64,000 bases of DNA, taken from positions 3,431 through 67,430 of the forward strand of contig JAKSVB010000010.1 in assembly GCA_024408335.1 (NCBI GenBank), in the 5' to 3' direction. Positions 9,879 through 19,208 of this stretch are shown piece after piece. The position numbers were made by a program, and so were the translations under genes. Source of the DNA: Bacilli bacterium (GTDB lineage: Bacteria; Bacillota_I; Bacilli_A; RFN20; CAG-826). The notes under the pieces are model-generated. The model had not been told where the DNA came from. It saw only the letters and a list, made by a program, of their open reading frames with translations, and did not search any database. Each line of letters starts with the position of its first letter. The stretch's first letter is position 1.

Positions 9879-11232
9879 ATCATTAACAGACAAATTCAGC
9901 GCCCTCTTTAAGAAACTTCGCAAAGAAGACAAACTCACAGAGGCAAACGTTGATGCGGCGATTAGAGAAATCCGTGTCGCTCTCCTTGAAGCAGACGTTA
10001 ACTACAAAGTCGTCAAAGCCTTCACAGAAGACGTTAGAGCCAAAGCCCTTGGCCAAGAGGTTCTTCTTCACGTCAACCCAAGCCAACAATTCATCAAGAT
10101 CTGTCACGATGAACTCGTTGAACTTCTTGGACAAGACAACTGCGAAATCAAATACAACAAGGGACTCACAATCATCATGCTTGTCGGTCTCCAAGGTGCT
10201 GGTAAGACCACAAGTGCTGGTAAACTCGCCCTCCTCGAAAAAGAAAAGCTTGGCAAGAAACCTCTTCTTGCAGGCTTAGACGTTTACCGTCCAGCCGCTA
10301 TCGACCAGTTAGGCGTCATTGCTAAGCAAGTCGGTGTCGATTTCTTTAATATGGGCGTTTCAGCAAACCCAGTTGATGTTGCTAAGAAAGCAGTGGCCAA
10401 AGCAACAGACGAAGGATATGACGTTCTCATCCTCGATACCGCAGGCCGTCTCCAGATCGATGAAAAACTCATGGATGAGCTTAAAGACATCAATAAAGCC
10501 GTCCATCCAGATGAGGTTCTTCTCCTTGTCGACGCAATGGCAGGTCAAGACGCCGTCAATGTCACAAACACATTCAACGCAGAACTCCGCTTAACCGGTG
10601 TCATCATGTCAAAACTCGATGGCGACGCAAAAGGCGGTGCTGCTCTTTCGATCAAATACATGACCGGACTTCCAATCAAGTTCGCCGGCGTTGGTGAAAA
10701 ACTCAAAGACTTAGACATTTTCCACCCAGACCGCATGGCGGATAGAATCCTTGGCATGGGCGACGTCGTTACCCTTGTCGAGAAGGCAAAAGAAGTCTTC
10801 GATGAGAAGCAAGCCGAAAAAGACAGCAAGAAGTTCTTAGATGGCGAATTCACCCTCGATGATTTGCTTAAGCAAATGAAGATGGTTCAAAAACTCGGCT
10901 CATTAGGCGGCATCATGAAGCTCATTCCTGGTATGCCAAAGATCAGTGACGAGCAAAAGAGCCAAGCCGAAAAAGAAATGAAGGTTTTCGAAGCCATCGT
11001 CAATTCAATGACCCCATATGAAAGAAAACACCCAGAAGTCCTTAAGTTCTCCCAAAAGAACAGAATCGCAAAAGGCTCTGGCAAAACAAACGCCGACGTT
11101 AACCGCGTCATCCGTAAATGGGAACAATCAAGAGACATGATGAAGCAAATGAAACAAATGAGCAAATCTGGTCGCTTCCCTCAAGGAGGCGGATTCGGTG
11201 GCGGATTTGGCGGATTCGGAGGTATGAGATAA
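9868..11232 (+). CDS. ffh: Signal recognition particle protein Ffh
   Basis: 454 aa. NG domain 'GLQGAGKTT', 'DTAGR', 'KLDGDAKGG', then an M domain and a Gly/Phe-rich C-terminal tail. Confidence 0.92.
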   Translation: MAFESLTDKFSALFKKLRKEDKLTEANVDAAIREIRVALLEADVNYKVVKAFTEDVRAKALGQEVLLHVNPSQQFIKICHDELVELLGQDNCEIKYNKGLTIIMLVGLQGAGKTTSAGKLALLEKEKLGKKPLLAGLDVYRPAAIDQLGVIAKQVGVDFFNMGVSANPVDVAKKAVAKATDEGYDVLILDTAGRLQIDEKLMDELKDINKAVHPDEVLLLVDAMAGQDAVNVTNTFNAELRLTGVIMSKLDGDAKGGAALSIKYMTGLPIKFAGVGEKLKDLDIFHPDRMADRILGMGDVVTLVEKAKEVFDEKQAEKDSKKFLDGEFTLDDLLKQMKMVQKLGSLGGIMKLIPGMPKISDEQKSQAEKEMKVFEAIVNSMTPYERKHPEVLKFSQKNRIAKGSGKTNADVNRVIRKWEQSRDMMKQMKQMSKSGRFPQGGGFGGGFGGFGGMR

Positions 11233-13073
11233 TGCCAGAAGAGAAGCAAGTTCTATTTGAACCAAAAGTAATGTACGAAAGGATGCTGAAAGATCAGTAT
11301 CACAAAGGTGCGACCGAATATTTTAATGAACTCCTTACCAAAAGCGGAGTTAACGAAGAAGAGAATGCTTCTCTTGTTAGAACCCTCAAAGATACCGAAA
11401 AGCGTCTTGCAAACGCCAGCAAATCTCTTGGTGGCGTATTGGCTCTTAGAGGCTTTGTGATTTTTCTTGCCGTTGTCACAGGACTTGCGACGATCATCGG
11501 TTTCTATGTCGGCTCTAGAGGCAATGACATCGAAAACAGCTGGATTGGATTCATTGTCGGAGGAGTCTCTCTCGCTCTTTTCGTCCTCTTCATGGTCCTT
11601 CTTTTCACCGTCATCAAGAAAAAGGTGAACGAAGCAAAGGACGCAAAGGACAAAGCTCAATCAGATAAAAATCGCGCTCTCGCGGATTGCGAGAAAAACG
11701 CCGCTTCTCTAAATTCCCTTTTTGACTGGGGCATCCCACAAAAAGTCATGGAAAAGGCGACTCCAATCATTGATCTTGACCCTGTTTTCACGGGTGAAAG
11801 ACTCCAATACTTAAAAGAGAAATTTGGTTTTAACGAAGTTACTGCTCCTGGACAAAGCGTCCTCGAGGTTTTAAGCGGACAAATCGAAGGTAACCCATTC
11901 GTCCTCGAAAAGATTCTCGATTGCACCATCGGGCCAAAGACTTATACAGGCGAGCTCACCATTTATTGGACTACGACATATAGAGATAGCAATGGCCGCA
12001 CCCAAACCCAACAACATAGCCAAACTCTTCATGCTTCAGTCACTAAGCCAGCCCCATACTATTCAACCTTAACTCAACTCGTTTATGGTAATGAGGCCGC
12101 TCCACATCTTCACTTTTCTCGTAAGCCTGTCCACGCTGAAAGGATGAGCCAAGGCGAAAGAGACAGGTACATCAAGAAAACAATCAAGAAGCTTGACTCG
12201 AAAGAGGCAAAAGACCTTGAGAAGAGCAGCAACTTCACCAAACTTGGAAATGATGAATTTGACGCATTATTTGGCGCTTTCAACCGTGACAACGAAGTTG
12301 AATTCCGACTTCTCTTCACGCCTCTTGCCATCAAAAACACCATCAAGCTCCTTAAAGACGCAGAACCTTTCGGAGATGATTTCCATTTCACAAAAGACGG
12401 CATGGTCAATACCATCCGAAGCGAACACTCCCAAAGATTCGATTATTCGTCTTCGCCAGCCTATTTCTTTGGATATGATGTGAGCGTCATGAGAAACAAA
12501 TTCGTCAAGTACTGCGATGACTTCATCAAGAACCTTTTCTTCGATTTAGCGCCGCTTCTTAGCATCCCTCTCTATCAGATGCATAAGCCATACGAATACA
12601 TTTACGAAACCCCATATCGTTCTAACTTCTCATCCTTCGAGCAAGAAGTCTTAGCAAATGGATTTGACCCATCTTTCTTTAGACCTAACCTCGCAGGAAA
12701 TGATTTACCACTTATCCTCAAGGCTAAGAGTTCTCAAAAGAGAGGCAGTGGTGACGTTGTCTTAATCGACGCTATGTCGTACCAAGAGACCCCGATGACG
12801 GATTATGTTTCCGTCCATGGCGGCGATGGAAGATGGCATAATGTCCCAGTCGACTGGATCAAATACGACGAGGTCCACAAATCATCAAAGATGGGTATTT
12901 CTAACGTTGAAGGCACGAGAAACCAATATTTAAAGAACAAAGAAACTGGTTTCGGAGGCAGGGTCAATGTCCTTAAAACATACTTCGAAAGAGGCATGAT
13001 GGCTATCTTTGAAGGCGATGAGGACTTCAAAGAAGAACTCAATAACGAACTTATTGCCCTCTTCAAGGATTAG
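11232..13073 (+). CDS. Hypothetical membrane protein (no recognisable family), translationally coupled to ffh
   Basis: The ATG overlaps the ffh stop (TAATG). The longer ORF-track start at 11118 is in the same frame but lies inside ffh. About 614 aa: a roughly 70-aa N-terminal region, two hydrophobic helices (about residues 75-140), then a ~470-aa soluble domain without known motifs. Confidence 0.6.
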   Translation: MPEEKQVLFEPKVMYERMLKDQYHKGATEYFNELLTKSGVNEEENASLVRTLKDTEKRLANASKSLGGVLALRGFVIFLAVVTGLATIIGFYVGSRGNDIENSWIGFIVGGVSLALFVLFMVLLFTVIKKKVNEAKDAKDKAQSDKNRALADCEKNAASLNSLFDWGIPQKVMEKATPIIDLDPVFTGERLQYLKEKFGFNEVTAPGQSVLEVLSGQIEGNPFVLEKILDCTIGPKTYTGELTIYWTTTYRDSNGRTQTQQHSQTLHASVTKPAPYYSTLTQLVYGNEAAPHLHFSRKPVHAERMSQGERDRYIKKTIKKLDSKEAKDLEKSSNFTKLGNDEFDALFGAFNRDNEVEFRLLFTPLAIKNTIKLLKDAEPFGDDFHFTKDGMVNTIRSEHSQRFDYSSSPAYFFGYDVSVMRNKFVKYCDDFIKNLFFDLAPLLSIPLYQMHKPYEYIYETPYRSNFSSFEQEVLANGFDPSFFRPNLAGNDLPLILKAKSSQKRGSGDVVLIDAMSYQETPMTDYVSVHGGDGRWHNVPVDWIKYDEVHKSSKMGISNVEGTRNQYLKNKETGFGGRVNVLKTYFERGMMAIFEGDEDFKEELNNELIALFKD

Positions 13074-13140
13074 CGATAATTGTTGTTTACATTCTAAAGA
13101 ATGATAAAATAGAAACAGTCTAAAAAAGGAGATTTAAAAA

Positions 13141-13809
13141 ATGAGCGCTCAATTAGATGAACTCGATCAATCAAGTGTCATGACTGAAGGTCTTGATACC
13201 CACGTTATCGCAAAGAAACTTAAAGTCGAACTCGACGGCATGGACAAATTTGTCAACGTCGCTTTATGGTGCCTTCTTGTCATTCCTGGTCTCGTTTACC
13301 AATTCAAGAAAGCAAAAGCAGAGACTTATTTCCAACAACTTCAACAAAAGATTCAACACGACGCTTCCACAATTGACAACTACATGGCTCAACGCGCAAG
13401 CATCCTCCAAAACGCTGCAAAGCTTTTAGAAAAATCAATCGATCTCGATAAATCAACATTTGTCGACCTCGCAAAAGCACGTTCAGGCGTTGCCGATGTT
13501 GATGAAGCACGTAACGAAATGCAAACCCAACTCAACAACATTGAAAGAAGCATCAACGTCGTCTTAGAAAGATACCCAGAACTCAAGGCTCACCAAGACA
13601 TCGCTGCCGTTATGCAACAAAACAGCTATCTCCAACAAGAGATCACCGCTGCTCGTGAAGTCTATAACGACACCATCCAATCTTGGAACGCACAAATCTT
13701 CAGCCGTTGGGCAAAGAAAGCTGCAGCAGCTAAAGCAGGCTACACAACCCGTATTCCATTCACCGCTTCATCAGCAGTCAAGGAACAAGCTGAAGGCCTC
13801 TTCTTCTAA
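13141..13809 (+). CDS. LemA-family protein
   Basis: 222 aa. One TM helix ('FVNVALWCLLVIPGLVYQF'), then the C-terminal LemA signature '…ERYPELKA…AREVYNDTIQSWNAQIFSRW…GY…RIPF'. Strong SD AAAAGGAGA. A -35/-10 (TTGTTT-16-TAAAAT) lies upstream, and a terminator at 13835-13864. Confidence 0.75.
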   Translation: MSAQLDELDQSSVMTEGLDTHVIAKKLKVELDGMDKFVNVALWCLLVIPGLVYQFKKAKAETYFQQLQQKIQHDASTIDNYMAQRASILQNAAKLLEKSIDLDKSTFVDLAKARSGVADVDEARNEMQTQLNNIERSINVVLERYPELKAHQDIAAVMQQNSYLQQEITAAREVYNDTIQSWNAQIFSRWAKKAAAAKAGYTTRIPFTASSAVKEQAEGLFF

Positions 13810-13834
13810 ACGGAAGTTTGATTCAAAACTTCTA

Positions 13835-13864
13835 GGCATGGCTATCCATGCCTTTTTCTTTTGC
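13835..13864 (+). terminator. Terminator after lemA-like gene
   Basis: AGGCATGG-ctat-CCATGCCT followed by TTTTTCTTTT. Confidence 0.7.
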
Positions 13865-13959
13865 TTGAAGTGATTTAGGCCATTAAGAAGCGATTTCCTA
13901 AGAAGCAAGTAATTTATATAACCTTCATTGTTTTGAAGCGCATAGGCCAAAAAAGGCAA

Positions 13960-13990
13960 AGAAAAAACTCCTTGTGGTTTTCACAAGGAG
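13960..13990 (-). terminator. Terminator for minus-strand 14002..15279 gene
   Basis: CTCCTTGTG-gtttt-CACAAGGAG preceded by an A-run on the plus strand, which is a U-run on the minus strand. Confidence 0.65.
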
Positions 13991-14001
13991 TTAAGAGATC
14001 T

Positions 14002-15279
14002 TTAGAAGATCCAAGTGAACATGATTGAACCTTTCTTTCCGCTCACTTTATAGGATGACTTTGAAATCTGGGAGTAATAATTATCGTATACTGATTGAAC
14101 GTATTTGCCCCCGTCGATCTCCTTGTTGGATTTTTTGTATGTAGCATAGGTCGTGACAGTTGCTTTCATGCCGAAAAGCTCGCCGACGTACTTGATTTTG
14201 AAGATGTAAGTGTCAACGAAATAAGTGTTGTCTGCATCTTTCGCGACGTAAACGAATTCAGCTTGTTGAAAGCTGAGATTGGTAGAGCCATCTTCTTCTT
14301 CGTTTTTAATAATTTCTTTTCTGATCTCACGGTAAACGTTGACTGGTTCAGAAATTGCGATGTTAGTAACGCCGGTGAGGTCTAACGCTGCAACGCCACC
14401 AACAAGAGCAAGGAGAATAACAACGATTGCTGCGACAACACGTCCGCCTTTGTTGCCCTTCTTCTCACCGCTTGAATAGGATGAAGATGAATATGTAGAG
14501 GATGAGGTTTTTGGTGCTTTGTAGCTGCTTTGGCTGCTGTAGCTTGATGTTGATCCATAGCTTCCAGTTGAAGCTGGAGCGTTTCCATATAACTCAGATA
14601 CTCTGTCTCTGAAGTCTACTGATGGATCGCCATTGTAGCCTAAGTTATTCAAAGCACGTTGGATTGATCTTCCTGAGAAAAGGAATGATCTCATGACTTC
14701 ATCATATGGGTAGCCGGTGATGTTATAAACTTCGTCGATCTTCTTAAGTCTCTTTTTGTTGATGGAGTTTTGAAGGAATGGCGCAAAAAGCAATAATAGC
14801 GCTGAGACACCCATTACACCGTACAAGGCAAGCATGGCCTCCATAGGCATTATGTCCCCGGTAAGTGCGTTAATCATGGCAATCAACAAAGCAAAGACTA
14901 CGACAAAAACAATGTCGATAACGGTAAGTATTACGAAAGCTACTTTAAATGTCTTCAAATATTTGTCTCTTACTTCTCTGTCCGCGTTCTTTTTAGCGTA
15001 TTCTCTTCTTGCTGCTTCTTCATTCTCTTCTTCGCTTTGAACGTAAGTAGGTTCTTCATAGCTAGGTGCAGCAGGTTTGACTTCTTGAACAACAGGTGCG
15101 CTAACAAATGGTGCTGGAGCGCCTGTCTCTTCTTGTTGTTCTTTGATTAAAGCGATTGCGAATTCCACATCGCCATTTGTTGTTTCAAGAGCGCTTTTGC
15201 AGTCTAAAAGCTTCGCTCCTGTAGCGTCTTTTACTTTTTTAATGTCGTAAAAACTGATTTCCATATTTAGCCCTTTCAT
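14002..15279 (-). CDS. Hypothetical membrane protein with N-terminal EF-Ts/UBA-like domain and Ser/Tyr-rich low-complexity segment
   Basis: 425 aa. The N-terminus 'ISFYDIKKVKDATGAKLLDCKSALETTNGDVEFAIALIKEQ' parallels the EF-Ts N-terminal UBA fold (compare tsf in this window). It has two or three TM helices, a stretch 'STGSYGSTSSYSSQSSYKAPKTSSSTYSSSSYSS', and a C-terminal domain of unknown function. A minus-strand terminator sits at 13960-13990. Confidence 0.65.
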   Translation of the reverse strand: MKGLNMEISFYDIKKVKDATGAKLLDCKSALETTNGDVEFAIALIKEQQEETGAPAPFVSAPVVQEVKPAAPSYEEPTYVQSEEENEEAARREYAKKNADREVRDKYLKTFKVAFVILTVIDIVFVVVFALLIAMINALTGDIMPMEAMLALYGVMGVSALLLLFAPFLQNSINKKRLKKIDEVYNITGYPYDEVMRSFLFSGRSIQRALNNLGYNGDPSVDFRDRVSELYGNAPASTGSYGSTSSYSSQSSYKAPKTSSSTYSSSSYSSGEKKGNKGGRVVAAIVVILLALVGGVAALDLTGVTNIAISEPVNVYREIRKEIIKNEEEDGSTNLSFQQAEFVYVAKDADNTYFVDTYIFKIKYVGELFGMKATVTTYATYKKSNKEIDGGKYVQSVYDNYYSQISKSSYKVSGKKGSIMFTWIF

Positions 15280-15449
15280 TGAAAACCAGAATAAATAGAT
15301 TTAAGAATATTCTTAATCCACAGTACTCTAGTAATTAGGATATATCTAAAAAAGCGCTAAAGCAACGAGAAAGAGCGTTGCTACTAAACGAACTGAAAAA
15401 TAGTTACTGTAGCAAATGTCTTGGTAACAAAAAGAAGCCTCTTTTCAAA

Positions 15450-15483
15450 GAAAAAAGGCACGAATTCTTTATCGTGCCTTTGG
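15450..15483 (-). terminator. Terminator for EAL response-regulator gene
   Basis: AAGGCACG…CGTGCCTT with an A-run 5' on the plus strand. Confidence 0.65.
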
Positions 15484-15500
15484 GTTTTGAGTTTTGACTA

Positions 15501-17165
15501 TTAGCTCTTGAAAGCGTACTTCTCGTAATCTTCGACAGGAAGAGGTTTTGAATAGAAGTAGCCTTGGATAAGAAGGTGGACTTTAGCGCCGCACATTTCT
15601 TTAAGAGCGCTTGCTTGCTCTTGTGTTTCAACGCCTTCTGCGACTGTGTCGAAGCCAAGTCTTGCAGCGGTGTAGATGATACTTCTAAGGATTGCTTCAT
15701 GCTTTGGTTCAAACATGTTGCGGACAAGGCTCATGTCGATCTTCATGATGTCGATTGGAAGTTCAGCGACGCTTGCGAAGGTTGAATAACCTGTTCCGAA
15801 GTCATCAAGTTCAATGATGAACTCTCTTTCCTTCAAGGCGTTGATGATCTCGATCTTCTTTCCTTTGTCGCTTGCGTTAGCTGATTCGGTGATCTCAAGG
15901 TGGATGAGAGCGTGAGGTAACTCATACTTATCAACGATGCCGGTGATGATGTTTGCAAGATCTGGTTGGTCAAAGTCTGCTTGTGAGATGTTGACTGAAA
16001 CAGGAATCATGGTCTTATCTTCATCGAGCCAACGTCTAAGGTCGCTACAAACGGTTTCGAGAACGTATTTGTCGACTTCGTAGATGAATCCGTTAGTTTC
16101 GAAGAGAGGGATGAATTCGGCTGGGCTAAGGAATCCCATTTCTGGGTGAATCCAACGAACAAGGGCTTCAGCGCCTCCAACGCATTCTGATTCAGGATCG
16201 AATTTTGGTTGGTAGTAGACCTTGAATTGTTTTTCTTGGATAGCTTTTTGTGATGATGCAACGATGGCTGCTTGATGTTCGACTTTGTTACGCATGGCGT
16301 CATCGAATTCAGCGATGTATAAGCCATAGTGGTTGCGGAGTCCTGCTAAAGGCATTGCAGCGAATTTCAAAACTGAATTCATGTTTGCCTCGCGGTCGAT
16401 CTTTGGATAGACACCGCAGTTGACGACGACGTTAGGGATTGGGACTTCGTAATCTGCAAGCATGCAGTATCCCATGAATTTCTTATGTTCTTCGAATGAG
16501 ATGTGCTTAAGGAGCATTGCGATTTGTGAATCGTCGACACGGCCGATGAGGATATCGCCTAAAGCGGCAGTGACGTTTTTGACGATTGAACGAGCGAAAG
16601 CTTCGCACTTGTCACGGCCATAACGTTCGAGAAGGATTTCAAATGATTCCATTTCCATGACGGCAAGGTCATATGATCCATCTGGTTCGCTTCTGATTAC
16701 GTTTGTGCAGTACTCAAGGAAGGATTCTTTGCTATATGCGCCGGTAGTGACGTCACGTTCGACTTTGTTTAAGAGAATGGATGTTTCGTTAAGACGGATT
16801 AAGCTTGCGATACGTCTTTTGAGGATTTCTGGGTTGTATGGCTTTTTGACCAAGTCAGAAGCGCCTTTTTCGAAACATGCAATCTCTTCTTTATCGGAGT
16901 CAACGCTTGAAGTGGCGATGACGGGAATTGTTTTGAATTTTGGTTCTTTTGAAAAGAGCTCTAAAAATTCATAGCCATCCATGACTGGCATATGTAAATC
17001 TAAAAGAATTAAGGAGAAGTGGTCTTGGGAAGAGGAAAGAACTTCAAAGCCTTCTTGGCCATTTGAAGCTTCAACAATGTCATATTCGTTTTGAAGTATA
17101 TCTCTTAAAACGGCTCTATTTTGTTCGCTCGGTTCAATTACGAGCAACCTCTTTCTTGTTTTCAT
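15501..17165 (-). CDS. Response regulator: receiver – degenerate GGDEF – EAL (c-di-GMP phosphodiesterase-type)
   Basis: 554 aa. REC domain with 'LILLDLHMPVMDG'. A middle domain has 'GRVDDSQIA' in place of GGDEF. The EAL domain carries 'AEALVRW', 'ELDDFGTGYS' and 'KIDMSLV'. It has its own terminator (15450-15483, minus). No histidine kinase gene is adjacent. Confidence 0.8.
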   Translation of the reverse strand: MKTRKRLLVIEPSEQNRAVLRDILQNEYDIVEASNGQEGFEVLSSSQDHFSLILLDLHMPVMDGYEFLELFSKEPKFKTIPVIATSSVDSDKEEIACFEKGASDLVKKPYNPEILKRRIASLIRLNETSILLNKVERDVTTGAYSKESFLEYCTNVIRSEPDGSYDLAVMEMESFEILLERYGRDKCEAFARSIVKNVTAALGDILIGRVDDSQIAMLLKHISFEEHKKFMGYCMLADYEVPIPNVVVNCGVYPKIDREANMNSVLKFAAMPLAGLRNHYGLYIAEFDDAMRNKVEHQAAIVASSQKAIQEKQFKVYYQPKFDPESECVGGAEALVRWIHPEMGFLSPAEFIPLFETNGFIYEVDKYVLETVCSDLRRWLDEDKTMIPVSVNISQADFDQPDLANIITGIVDKYELPHALIHLEITESANASDKGKKIEIINALKEREFIIELDDFGTGYSTFASVAELPIDIMKIDMSLVRNMFEPKHEAILRSIIYTAARLGFDTVAEGVETQEQASALKEMCGAKVHLLIQGYFYSKPLPVEDYEKYAFKS

Positions 17166-17285
17166 GGTGTTCTCCTTTTCCGCCCTCCGAAAAGATCAGC
17201 GTCAATATCTTTTAGATATTCTTCCACATTATATCGCAGAAAAACGCCATTACAATTCAAGCAACGAGAGTGCAACTAAGAATAG

Positions 17286-17314
17286 CAAAAAACCCCGATG
17301 GCACGGGGCTTTTT
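17286..17314 (-). terminator. Terminator after trmD (bidirectional appearance)
   Basis: CCCCG-atggca-CGGGG flanked by an A-run and a T-run. Confidence 0.65.
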
Positions 17315-17336
17315 CGGTTCAATAAACCGCTAATTG

Positions 17337-18107
17337 CTATTTAATGTACTTGTGTCCCTTTTCGATTGCCTTTAATTCCCAATCTGGAATTTCTGAACTT
17401 TTGGCTTCTTCTAAGAGCTTCTTGTCTTGTTTTGAAAGAGTGAGTTTCTCAAACAGATCAGGACGGTGCTTCTTCGTTAAGAGAAGAGCTTGCTTCCTTC
17501 TCCATTTGCCAATGGCTTCATGGTTGCCGCTATAAAGGATGTCTGGAACCTTGCTGCCATTATAGTCATATGGTTCTGTGTATTGAGGGTATTCAAGAAT
17601 AGGCTCATTGAAGGATTCGTCAACTAAGGAATCGCTGCTAATGGCCCCATCAAGAAGACGAACAACCGAATCGATTACAGCCATGGCAGGGATCTCACCA
17701 CCAGTAAGGACATAGTCACCGATGGAAAGAAGCTCATCGACATAGTCGTTGACTCTTTCGTCGATTCCTTCGTAATGGCCGCATACCAAGATAAGGTGAT
17801 CGAGTTTTGCGTATTCCTTAGCCTTCTCTTCTTTGTAGGTTACGCCTCTAGGAGAGAAAAGCGCGGTATGGGAAGTAGGGGTCTTGATCTTGTTTAATGC
17901 ATCAACGATTGGTTGGCATTTCTGAACGAGTCCTGCTCCTCCACCAATAGGTGGGGTATCGACTCTGCCATATTTGTCGGTTGTGAAATCTCTAATTTGA
18001 ACAATCTCAATTTCTGCGCATTCTTTAGCGATCGCACGTTTGATGATTGAGTTCTCTAAGACGCCAGAAAACATTTCTGGGAAGAGGGTTAAGACGGTGA
18101 TTTTCAT
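17337..18107 (-). CDS. trmD: tRNA (guanine37-N1)-methyltransferase TrmD
   Basis: 256 aa with the TrmD (SPOUT) family N-terminus 'MKITVLTLFPEMF'. The ATG overlaps the rimM stop. Terminator at 17286-17314. Confidence 0.9.
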   Translation of the reverse strand: MKITVLTLFPEMFSGVLENSIIKRAIAKECAEIEIVQIRDFTTDKYGRVDTPPIGGGAGLVQKCQPIVDALNKIKTPTSHTALFSPRGVTYKEEKAKEYAKLDHLILVCGHYEGIDERVNDYVDELLSIGDYVLTGGEIPAMAVIDSVVRLLDGAISSDSLVDESFNEPILEYPQYTEPYDYNGSKVPDILYSGNHEAIGKWRRKQALLLTKKHRPDLFEKLTLSKQDKKLLEEAKSSEIPDWELKAIEKGHKYIK

Positions 18108-18622
18108 AGCAATCCCTCCATTACGAAAATCTCGATGATTTTGTTTTCGAGGTCGATGTTTTTGACGAATAATCCCTGTTTGAAAGGAACGTAGATGTTC
18201 TTGTCATTTTGGTCTTTGACGAGAAGTGTTTTTGTTGTTGAGTAATCAAGAACATCAATGACTGTTCCGATGACTCTTTCTTTGTTATCAAAGTCTATGA
18301 CTTTGCAACCCATTAAGTCTTGGAAGTGATAATAGCCTTTAGGAAGTGTGGCTTTCTCTTTGTCCATCTCGATGGCGAAGCCGTTATAAACCTCAACGGC
18401 GTTGATGTCGGCGCATTCGTTAAAAGAGAGGAAATAGTAATCTCCTGAATCCCTAAACGATTTGACGGTGACCTCTTTTCTTTCGTCGGTCTTTTCGTTA
18501 TGCAAAGAAAGGTTGGTCCCTTTCTTAAATCTCATGCGTGCAAAAGAAGTGAGCGATTTGCATCTGACCTCACCTTTGAGTCCAAAAGGCTTAAGAATGT
18601 AACCAAGTGTAATGTATTCCAT
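18104..18622 (-). CDS. rimM: 16S rRNA processing protein RimM
   Basis: 172 aa with 'GYILKPFGLKGEV' and a PRC barrel. It lies between the KH protein and trmD. Confidence 0.88.
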   Translation of the reverse strand: MEYITLGYILKPFGLKGEVRCKSLTSFARMRFKKGTNLSLHNEKTDERKEVTVKSFRDSGDYYFLSFNECADINAVEVYNGFAIEMDKEKATLPKGYYHFQDLMGCKVIDFDNKERVIGTVIDVLDYSTTKTLLVKDQNDKNIYVPFKQGLFVKNIDLENKIIEIFVMEGLL

Positions 18623-18645
18623 AAATAATCAAAAAGGAGGGTACC

Positions 18646-18930
18646 TTAGAAGGCACCCTCATTGTCGTCGTGGCTTTCGTTGAAGCTTTCGAATTTCAAA
18701 TGAATTCTGATGTTTGAATTGTCGGCTTTGCCTGCAATTCCAACTGCTTCACGTAATGCGTTTGCGATCGCTCCATGCTTGCCGATGAGGCGTGCGGTGT
18801 CATCGTCTTCAGCGACGATAAGTAAGGCGACGTCTTTTTCGGTGCTGCCTGGGAGCACTCTAACCATGATTGAGTCAGGATGCTCGATAAGCGGATCGAC
18901 AAGTCCGTGGATTACGGCATTGTAATCCAT
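18646..18930 (-). CDS. KH-domain RNA-binding protein (YlqC/UPF0109-like)
   Basis: 94 aa with the KH motif 'LIGKHGAIANALR'. It sits immediately after rpsP with a start/stop overlap, the conserved position. Confidence 0.8.
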   Translation of the reverse strand: MDYNAVIHGLVDPLIEHPDSIMVRVLPGSTEKDVALLIVAEDDDTARLIGKHGAIANALREAVGIAGKADNSNIRIHLKFESFNESHDDNEGAF

Positions 18931-19208
18931 TACTTGCTCTCCTTCTTAGCTTTGCCTTCTGCGAATTTGGCCATGATGCCTTTGCGGCTGAACATAGCAC
19001 GGACGCTATCTGATGGGACTGCGCCGTTGTTGAGCCACTTCATTGCGAGTTCTTCGTTGATTGTAGCGGCTGCTTCTCCGAGAGCTGGATCGTAGGTACC
19101 AATCTGTTCGATGTAACGGCCATCTCTTGCCATACGGCTGTCGGCTGCAACAATACGATAGAATGGGTCTTTATGACGGCCAATACGGGCCAATCTGATT
19201 TTAACCAT
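18930..19208 (-). CDS. rpsP: 30S ribosomal protein S16
   Basis: 92 aa; '[20 protein letters not shown]…' is canonical S16. SD AAGGAGA upstream on the minus strand. Confidence 0.95.
   Translation of the reverse strand: MVKIRLARIGRHKDPFYRIVAADSRMARDGRYIEQIGTYDPALGEAAATINEELAMKWLNNGAVPSDSVRAMFSRKGIMAKFAEGKAKKESK

Noticed and set aside
11190-11232. Gly/Phe-rich tail of Ffh (GGGFGGGFGGFGG) as a separate element
   Set aside because: It is a compositional C-terminal tail of the M domain within ffh, not an independent feature.
11118-13073. Longer version of the ffh-downstream ORF starting at 11118
   Set aside because: The first 114 nt lie inside ffh in the same frame. The ATG at 11232 overlaps the ffh stop (TAATG), the usual coupled-start arrangement, so 11232 is taken as the start.
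13655-13959. Small ORFs 13655..13873 (+) and 13771..13959 (-)
   Set aside because: They overlap the lemA 3' end and terminator region, have no RBS and poor composition. They are likely non-coding.
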